64,000 nt of DNA, from NCBI GenBank assembly GCA_002305355.1, contig DBQS01000036.1, forward strand, positions 15,612 through 79,611, in the 5' to 3' direction. The notes under the pieces are model-generated. The model was not told the DNA's origin, did not search any database, and saw only the letters and a list, made by a program, of their open reading frames with translations. This DNA is from Patescibacteria group bacterium UBA1388. GTDB taxonomy: Bacteria; Patescibacteriota; Microgenomatia; UBA1400; PJMF01. Below, piece by piece: positions 57,179 through 64,000 of this stretch. How positions within the stretch are numbered: the first letter of the stretch is position 1; the number at the start of each line of letters is the position of its first letter. A program made the position numbers and the translations under genes.

Positions 57179-58567
57179 ATGAGCCCTAGTCATGGGTTAA
57201 ATTCAATCTCTCCTTTAGATGGCAGGTACGCCCCACGTGTCAAAAATTTGGCTATCATTTTTTCTGAATCAGGTTTGATAAAGTTTCGGGTGAAAGCTGA
57301 AGTGGAATATCTGCTGGCTTTTTTGTCCGAGACAAAGTTAGTGAGCGTGACAACAAAAAAAACTGCCGCAATCCGTCAGATTGTTGAGCGATTTGATGAA
57401 AAGCAAGCCCGTCAAGTTAAACAATATGAAGCTACATGTAGACATGATGTGAAAGCGGTGGAGTATTTTTTGCGAGCGGAGTTGAAACGCTTGGGGATGG
57501 ATGAACTTATTCCGTATATTCATTTTGGACTAACTAGCGAAGATACAAACTCCGTTGCCTATGGATTAATGCTACAAACTTCGTTGCATCAGGAAATATT
57601 GCCCCAAATTAAAAAAGTGATTGTGGGCTTGGTTCAGCTAGCTGAACCAAATATATCGGCTGTGATGATGGGTAGAACTCATGGTCAACCGGCGGTGCCG
57701 ACCACAATGGGTAAAGAACTACTGGTTTTTGTGAAGCGGTTAGTTGCTGAATACCAATCTTTAGCTGTTTTATCCATAGAGGCCAAGTGCAATGGTGCAG
57801 TGGGTAACTGGCACGTTCATGACTTATTTTTTCCAAACAATAATTGGCCAAAATTTAGTGAGCGGTTGATTAAAAATTTAGGTTTGCAACCGAACGATGT
57901 TACTACTCAAATTGTGCCCGCTGAATCGATGGTGAAGTATTTTCAATCTTTAATCAGAGTTAATCAAATTATAATTGATTGTGCCAGAGATTGTTGGCAG
58001 TACATCAGTGCTGATTATTTGCATCAAATACCACGGGAGAAAGAAGTGGGTTCTTCAACGATGCCCCAAAAAGTGAACCCGATTGATTTTGAAAATGCAG
58101 AGGGCAATGCGGGTTTGGCAACGGCGTTATTAGCTCATTTCACAGAAAAGTTACCAATTTCTAGGTTACAGCGAGATTTATCTGATAGCACGGTCAAGAG
58201 GTCGATTGGGGTAGCGCTTGGTCACTCCTTACTCGCGATGCAATCTTTAGTAAAGGGGTTGAGTCGAGTTGAGGCGAATCGGCAGTTAATGTTGACAGAA
58301 GTCCGCCATCATCCAGAGATGATGGCGGAGGCAATTCAATCGGCTTTACGGTTGGATGGTAGAGCTAATGCTTATGAGTTAGTCAAAAGGCAGAGTAGAG
58401 GAAAGGAGTTTTCAGAACAAACCATCCATATGATATCCCAACAAATTAAAGATCCAGTTTATCGGCAAATACTTATTAATCTCAAGATAGAAGATTACAC
58501 CGGCCTCGCTGTAAAGCTCACCAAATCTGAAATTAAAAAAATAAAAAAATATTTAGCAAAAAACTAA
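57179..58567 (+). CDS. purB: Adenylosuccinate lyase
   Basis: SPLDGRY, HDVKAVEY, HFGLTSED, RTHGQPA, GSSTMPQKVNPIDFEN, SRLQRDLSDS. Confidence 0.95.
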   Translation: MSPSHGLNSISPLDGRYAPRVKNLAIIFSESGLIKFRVKAEVEYLLAFLSETKLVSVTTKKTAAIRQIVERFDEKQARQVKQYEATCRHDVKAVEYFLRAELKRLGMDELIPYIHFGLTSEDTNSVAYGLMLQTSLHQEILPQIKKVIVGLVQLAEPNISAVMMGRTHGQPAVPTTMGKELLVFVKRLVAEYQSLAVLSIEAKCNGAVGNWHVHDLFFPNNNWPKFSERLIKNLGLQPNDVTTQIVPAESMVKYFQSLIRVNQIIIDCARDCWQYISADYLHQIPREKEVGSSTMPQKVNPIDFENAEGNAGLATALLAHFTEKLPISRLQRDLSDSTVKRSIGVALGHSLLAMQSLVKGLSRVEANRQLMLTEVRHHPEMMAEAIQSALRLDGRANAYELVKRQSRGKEFSEQTIHMISQQIKDPVYRQILINLKIEDYTGLAVKLTKSEIKKIKKYLAKN

Positions 58568-58627
58568 ATTTATGCAGATTCTACTATTTTACTTATTATT
58601 AATAGAATTATTAGGAGAAAGGCAACG

Positions 58628-59971
58628 ATGAGAAAGAACACGGCGGCATTTTGCGGCGGAGCATATGGCGATGAAGGAAAGGGTAGAATTGTGGATTGGT
58701 ACGTCAACAAGTTTGCTCGCAAAGGTCCGGTGGTGGTTTTTCGTGACAATGGTGGCGCCAATGCCGGACACACCGTGGAAGTAGGGGATACAAGGATTGC
58801 GTTACATCAACTGCCAAGTGGAGTGATGATTGAAGGCGTGAAGTTGCTTTTGGGCAAGGGCATGGTTATTCATCCGGGCGATTTAATTCAAGAAATTGAG
58901 TCAGTGGAAAAAGCGACCGGAAAATCTTTAAGCAAGCGCATCAAAATAGACGAACTGGCGGTGTTAACACTTGATACTCACCGGGCTTTTGAGACCGTTC
59001 TAAAAAATTGGCAAAAAGGTGGATCAGGTTCAACGGGACGAGGAATTTCTCCGGCCTATGCAGATGTGCTGCTTCGCCATCCCGTCAGAGTGCGAGATAT
59101 TGTGCCGTTTCATACCAATTCAATTGCGGCGCATTACCAACTTTATCAGTCATTAATTTCAGGTCTTGGTCAAGATTTATCTTCAACACGCGTTGTAACA
59201 GCTGCTGGGGAAATGATGCCAGTTGGTTCTGAAAAGGAGTTTATTCAAAGATTACGAACACAAGCTAAGAAATTGAATATATTCGTGACTAATTTAGTTC
59301 CACTACTGATTAAATATTGGCAAGATGAACAATTAGGCATTGTTTGTGAAAAAGCTCAAGCCATTGGGTTGGATGCAAGGTGGGGAGTATATCCGGATGT
59401 AACAGCGTCAGATACCACTTTCGCGGGTATTCAAGCTGCTACGGAAGGTGCTTTTAACATTGATGAGATTACCCTGCGAGCCGCAGTCATTAAGGCGACA
59501 TACATGTCAAGCGTCGGGGCCAGGCAATTACCAACACATATGACAGGAGCCTTAGCCAATCAAATCAGGCGGGATGCTGATGAGTATGGTGCAACTACCA
59601 AAAGACCACGCGACATTGCCTATCTTGATTTGCCAGCAATTCGGTTTTTTATTAAGGTGGGTGGAGTGAAACAGTTGATTTTAACGCATATGGACATCAT
59701 TTATGATCAGCCGCTCAAAATTTGTGTTGATTACAAGCTAAACGGCAAGTCAGTCTCTTATCGTCCTGATCAGGTATATTTGAATAAAGTCACACCAGTC
59801 TTTCAGAACTTAAAACCCTGGAAGCGGGCAGAAATTCAGGCAGCTCAATCTAAAAAGGACTTACCTTTCGCTGCCAAGCACTACGTAGAATTTTTGGAAA
59901 AAGAACTCCACATCAAGATTCCGATGATTACGACAGGACCGAAAAGAGAGCAAACGATATTGCTTTCATAA
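58628..59971 (+). CDS. purA: Adenylosuccinate synthetase
   Basis: GDEGKG, GGANAGHT, STGRGISPAY, EYGATTKRPR, TTGP. Confidence 0.94.
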   Translation: MRKNTAAFCGGAYGDEGKGRIVDWYVNKFARKGPVVVFRDNGGANAGHTVEVGDTRIALHQLPSGVMIEGVKLLLGKGMVIHPGDLIQEIESVEKATGKSLSKRIKIDELAVLTLDTHRAFETVLKNWQKGGSGSTGRGISPAYADVLLRHPVRVRDIVPFHTNSIAAHYQLYQSLISGLGQDLSSTRVVTAAGEMMPVGSEKEFIQRLRTQAKKLNIFVTNLVPLLIKYWQDEQLGIVCEKAQAIGLDARWGVYPDVTASDTTFAGIQAATEGAFNIDEITLRAAVIKATYMSSVGARQLPTHMTGALANQIRRDADEYGATTKRPRDIAYLDLPAIRFFIKVGGVKQLILTHMDIIYDQPLKICVDYKLNGKSVSYRPDQVYLNKVTPVFQNLKPWKRAEIQAAQSKKDLPFAAKHYVEFLEKELHIKIPMITTGPKREQTILLS

Positions 59972-60203
59972 ACCAGGGTGGGAGTACTAAAAAAATTATG
60001 TAGTGATCATAGTAATTGCTTGTTTCAACATTGAAGGCCATGTACAGAGGTGATGAAACAAATTACCAGCGAGTGCTTAACTGCGTTAATTAAGAAATTA
60101 GTTGGAAAAGAGTGCTAAAAAATTTTTTGGTAGAAGACGATGTAGTGAAAATTATTGAAGCTAGAGTTAATGGTAAAGAAACTGGTATAAAGGATAATTT
60201 CAG

Positions 60204-61268
60204 ATGAATAATTTTGAAGCTGATTTACACGAGGCTCACCGACAAATTAGTCCAGTCGTGATGCAATGTTTGGAGGAATATTTTGCAGCTAACCACAACT
60301 TTAATCTAAATAAAGAATTTATTGCTTATGCCAGCAAACTTGCATGTAGCGGCAAAATGATGAGGGCGGCGCTCTTATTGGCAGTGACTAACTTTTCTGG
60401 AAATAAGCAATATCGCTCGCAAGCGAGGCTGACTGCTGCTGCAATTGAAATGTTTGGTACAGGTATTTTAATTCATGACGATATTATTGATCAATCATCT
60501 ACCAGGAGAAGTTTGCCCAGTGCTCATTATTATTTTGCATCGTTAGCTAAAAAACGTGGTTATCAAGATCCTGACCAGTTTGGGATAAGTGCGGCAATTT
60601 GTCTAGCAGACTTATTATTTTTCATTGCCGAGAAAATTTTAGCCAAATTAAAATTGCCATCAAATATTGGTCGCACTTTAATACTGGATAGCAATCGGGA
60701 GCTCTCTCAACTGGTATTAGCAGAGATGGAAGATGTGAGGTTGGCCGCGCACCAAAAACCTGTTTCAATGTTTGAAATTATTGAAATGTATCTTGGTAAA
60801 ACTGGGCGATACACTGGGCGTTGGCCATTGACGATGGGCGGTGTGTTGGCAGGATTAAAAGAACAGCAACTTAACGAACTGGCTGATATTGGTGACCAGT
60901 TAGGATTGGTTTACCAATTAAGTGATGACAAGCTTGGGATTTATGGTGAAGAAGCAGCAACTGGAAAATCGAGTTCGAGTGATGTTTTAAGTGGTAAAAA
61001 GACGCTTTATTATTTCTATTTAACAAAATTTGAAGGAAAACAAAAATTGCAATTGTTGCAGATTTATGGCAATCCTCGGGCTAGCGCAAAACAGATACGT
61101 TGGTTTAAGCATCAACTGCTTGAATTGGGGATTAGTGACCGCGTGAATCAACAAATTAATTCAGAAGCTGACAAATTGGTGCAGTTAATAAAGCAAGCGA
61201 GTATTGCATCTGAACTGAAAAACTGGCTGATAAACGCGACTGCCTTCATTATCAAGCGCCAGCGCTGA
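60204..61268 (+). CDS. Polyprenyl diphosphate synthase (GGPP synthase-like)
   Basis: GKMMR, IHDDIIDQSSTRR (FARM), GKT, YQLSDD (SARM), GKKT. Confidence 0.92.
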   Translation: MNNFEADLHEAHRQISPVVMQCLEEYFAANHNFNLNKEFIAYASKLACSGKMMRAALLLAVTNFSGNKQYRSQARLTAAAIEMFGTGILIHDDIIDQSSTRRSLPSAHYYFASLAKKRGYQDPDQFGISAAICLADLLFFIAEKILAKLKLPSNIGRTLILDSNRELSQLVLAEMEDVRLAAHQKPVSMFEIIEMYLGKTGRYTGRWPLTMGGVLAGLKEQQLNELADIGDQLGLVYQLSDDKLGIYGEEAATGKSSSSDVLSGKKTLYYFYLTKFEGKQKLQLLQIYGNPRASAKQIRWFKHQLLELGISDRVNQQINSEADKLVQLIKQASIASELKNWLINATAFIIKRQR

Positions 61269-61314
61269 GCGCACCAGCCGGCAAGGTTTTTTTATCTTTT
61301 TATTGATTGCCTGC

Positions 61315-61401
61315 TTATTGGAGGCCGCTCATGACAAACAAGCCAACCGCCGCTGCCAGAGCGAACAACATTTCCAGACCGGTGATAGTACTTGCTTTCA
61401 T
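61315..61401 (-). CDS. Candidate 28-aa single-TM small protein
   Basis: MKASTITGLEMLFALAAAVGLFVMSGLQ*; GC-richer than flanking DNA; TAGTAT 7 nt before the ATG. Confidence 0.45.
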   Translation of the reverse strand: MKASTITGLEMLFALAAAVGLFVMSGLQ

Positions 61402-61658
61402 GAACCCAATACTAAGGGTGGAATGTAAGGATTACATAATAAATTTGGGGTGAGTGCGTAAGAGTAAATAAATTATTCAAATATGATATTGAGAGGATCG
61501 ACACATCTAATGAATACCCAAATTTTTTTAACAGTTGAGTAAATTTCCATATTTTTCTTGACTTGATAATTGTGCTGTGATTGATTATATTGCAAGTATT
61601 CTCACTGGTGTGGTTGGTAATATTGATAAGTTTTTTACGGACATGACTCCGGATTTTG

Positions 61659-62282
61659 ATGTATAGAAAAACGTTATTTATTGTTGGAGGAGGGGTTTTT
61701 TTAGGGTTTATTTTTTTATTGATCGTTGTGAGTAAGAATCGAGCAGAATTAAGTAATGCCACCATAATTGAGGAAAATAATCACTTCTTAGCTTATGACC
61801 ATCCCGCTCAAAATCAGGCCAAACTCACTTCCACCAATATTGATGCCCTGAACACAACTTATATTATTCATGGCGATACTGTTCATTTTGTGGCAGGAGA
61901 TTCAGCCCAATTTAATGATCGTAAGCAATTGGAGATGGGAAAATTTACCATTATCAGCGCCCCTGTTTCAGGAGATGTGGATGGTGATCATGATAGTGAT
62001 GCGGTTGTAATTTTGGCAGAAGAAACGAGCGGAGAAGAAGTAATTTATTACGTTGGGGCGGCGATTAAAAATGAAATAGAGTTTAAAGGTACCAATCTAG
62101 TCAGCCTAGATCAAGATCTTGTTCCTCAAAATATTCATATTGAGTCAAATGGTTTGATTGTCGTCAAATATATACGAGGAATTAGTGCTGGCAAGAGGGC
62201 AGTGAATCCAGAAAAATATTTAAGCCAATATTACCAAGTTAAGGATGGCGTATTGGAAAAGCTAAAGATGCCTAATTTATAA
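61659..62282 (+). CDS. Hypothetical exported protein
   Basis: N-terminal TM; GDVDGDHDSDAVVIL Ca-loop-like motif. Confidence 0.7.
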   Translation: MYRKTLFIVGGGVFLGFIFLLIVVSKNRAELSNATIIEENNHFLAYDHPAQNQAKLTSTNIDALNTTYIIHGDTVHFVAGDSAQFNDRKQLEMGKFTIISAPVSGDVDGDHDSDAVVILAEETSGEEVIYYVGAAIKNEIEFKGTNLVSLDQDLVPQNIHIESNGLIVVKYIRGISAGKRAVNPEKYLSQYYQVKDGVLEKLKMPNL

Positions 62283-62326
62283 TCCAATTAGTAAAAATTT
62301 TATTATTAAGGATTTGATTAAGTTAT

Positions 62327-62824
62327 ATGAAAGCTGATTATCATCCGGTGGTTTATCAAATTCTTGAGTTAATAAAATCCAAAGGCTGTTGGTTTGAGTC
62401 TTTTGAACATCAATCAGTTCGAACGAGTGAGGAGGCGGCTCGGGTACGCACTGGCTACACCCTAAACCAAGGAGCAAAAGCGTTGATTATCCGTGTTAAA
62501 CGCAATCAAGAAAAGCAGTTTGTGATGTTGGTAGTACCGGGTGATCAAAAATTTGATAAGTTTAAGGTGAGAGAGATTTTAGAAAGTAGTGATCTACGCT
62601 TTGCAACAGAGAAAGAAGTTTCCGCAATTACTCAGGGAGTGCAGTTGGGAGGCATACCACCATTTGGCAATTTGTTTGGTTTAAAAGTTATTGCTGACCA
62701 AGCACTTTTCAATCAAAAAGTGATTATCTTCAATGCCGGAGACAAAAGATTTTCAGTGGCAATCAAGTCAGAAGACTTTAAAAAGTTGGTGCAACCGGTT
62801 GTGCAAGATATTTGTGTGCGTTGA
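62327..62824 (+). CDS. YbaK/EbsC (ProXp) aminoacyl-tRNA deacylase family
   Basis: RTSEEAARVR, GAKALI, LRFAT, GGIPPFG, FNAG. Confidence 0.9.
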   Translation: MKADYHPVVYQILELIKSKGCWFESFEHQSVRTSEEAARVRTGYTLNQGAKALIIRVKRNQEKQFVMLVVPGDQKFDKFKVREILESSDLRFATEKEVSAITQGVQLGGIPPFGNLFGLKVIADQALFNQKVIIFNAGDKRFSVAIKSEDFKKLVQPVVQDICVR

Positions 62825-62958
62825 TCACTTAATTCTGATTAGTGATATTCGTCAGATTAGATTCGATTTGATTTTAATTAAAACTCAGCAAGATGGTGAT
62901 AATATTTTGGAATGGGATATTATGGAAAATTGAGATCATAAGATACAATTACCCTCAT

Positions 62959-63315
62959 ATGAAATATTTAATTTGGTTTGTCAAAATCAGTTCGTTACTG
63001 GTTATTCTGTTGGGATTACCTTTCTATTTTGGTTATGGTAATCCATTGCCATTCATTAATCCAAATTATTCGTTTCTAGATAATTTGTGGTTAGCGATTT
63101 TTCCACTCATGTTTTTTGGATTAGCTCTTGGGTGGAAGATGCCTCAGGTGGCAGGATACTGGTTGGTCGTTCTATTAGGATTGGGGTTGATTGCATCATT
63201 TGTGGTGGAAGGAAATTGGGACGGTTTTCCGGTCATCATGTTATTGCCTTTTGTATTAGGTGTGTTGTATCTAGTGGTGGGATACAAGTCAAAAAAATCT
63301 TTGAAAGCTAAATGA
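62959..63315 (+). CDS. Hypothetical 4-TM membrane protein
   Basis: Hydrophobic; likely start ATG 62959; overlaps the ychF start. Confidence 0.7.
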   Translation: MKYLIWFVKISSLLVILLGLPFYFGYGNPLPFINPNYSFLDNLWLAIFPLMFFGLALGWKMPQVAGYWLVVLLGLGLIASFVVEGNWDGFPVIMLLPFVLGVLYLVVGYKSKKSLKAK

Positions 63316-64000
63316 TGAGTCTATCAATTGGGATTGTTGGTCTACCCAACGTTGGAAAATCAACTCTTTTCAATGCGCTGTTAAAAGAGCAACAGGCTTT
63401 GGCGGCTAATTATCCTTTTGCGACGATTGAACCCAATGTGGGGGTTGTGCCGGTGCCGGATGAGCGACTGGAAGTGTTGGCAAAAATTGTCGGCACAAAC
63501 ACGATTAAACCAGCGATGGTGGAGTTCGTAGATATTGCCGGCTTGGTGGCAGGTGCTCATAAAGGGGAGGGGTTAGGTAACAAATTTTTAGCACACATCA
63601 GGGAAACAGCGGCGATTTGCCACGTTTTGCGCCGGTTTGAAGATGAAAATGTGGTGAGGGAAGGTGCAATTGATCCCCGGACTGATCTTGATGTAGTCAG
63701 GTTGGAACTGCAGTTTGCCGACCTTGCAACTTTAGAAAAACAGCCCGAGCCAAAAGGATCGGTAGAACGCGGTGACAAAGAACGATGGGCGATTATCAAG
63801 CACTTTTTGGGAGAAATTCAAGCTGGTCACACCGTGAGGCAAGCCATTGAGAATCAGAAGTTAGGTGTTGATAGCGCGACTTGTGAAGAAGTTGCCAAGG
63901 AATTGTCGCTTTTGAGCGCCAAGCAAGAGTTGTTTGTGATCAATGTGAGTGAACAGCAATTGACGGAATCTGAAGTGGAACGGATGACGGATAAATATGC
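63315..64000 (+). CDS. ychF: Redox-regulated ATPase YchF (partial, runs off the window edge)
   Basis: MSLSIGIVGLPNVGKSTLFNAL, ANYPFATIEPN, FVDIAGLV..GEGLGNKFL (translated by hand; absent from the ORF track). Confidence 0.95.
   Translation, partial: MSLSIGIVGLPNVGKSTLFNALLKEQQALAANYPFATIEPNVGVVPVPDERLEVLAKIVGTNTIKPAMVEFVDIAGLVAGAHKGEGLGNKFLAHIRETAAICHVLRRFEDENVVREGAIDPRTDLDVVRLELQFADLATLEKQPEPKGSVERGDKERWAIIKHFLGEIQAGHTVRQAIENQKLGVDSATCEEVAKELSLLSAKQELFVINVSEQQLTESEVERMTDKY

Noticed and set aside
58628-59971. PurA as PurZ (2-aminoadenine DNA pathway), given a MazG-like gene in the window
   Set aside because: The catalytic Asp in GDEGKG is retained (PurZ has Ser), the gene is paired with purB, and there is no phage context.
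340-63799. Numerous short antisense or alternate-frame ORFs in the track (e.g. 915..1136, 19579..20031, 29555..29974, 47643..48032, 63557..63799)
   Set aside because: Shadow ORFs inside well-supported genes, with no independent motifs.

Overview
A 64 kb chromosomal window (about 40% GC, genetic code 11) that looks like a Patescibacteria/CPR genome, probably of the Microgenomates lineage. This is inferred from gene content and style; no taxonomic search was possible. Housekeeping content includes secE/nusG, four tRNAs, rpmG, rpmB, def/fmt, mreBCD-pbp2, murF, dprA/topA, recR, raiA, cysS, purB/purA and ychF. The most notable items are: (1) a surface locus with a membrane-anchored cohesin-like/Cys-repeat protein next to two dockerin-bearing proteins (one an M64 metalloprotease) and an O-antigen-ligase/OTase-type enzyme, a candidate cellulosome-like complex; (2) a clustered dCTP-to-dTDP pathway (dcd, dut, double-length thyX, tmk, plus surE and a MazG-like gene); (3) an argininosuccinate synthase-MGS domain fusion coupled to a cytosine-deaminase-like gene, behind a structured leader; (4) structured RNAs missing from the ORF track (a 6S-like RNA and two unassigned motifs upstream of an amidase) and a uORF-terminator leader before raiA; (5) an apparent excess of the palindrome TGATCA and many apparently leaderless genes. 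I saw no CRISPR array, rRNA, integrase or transposase.
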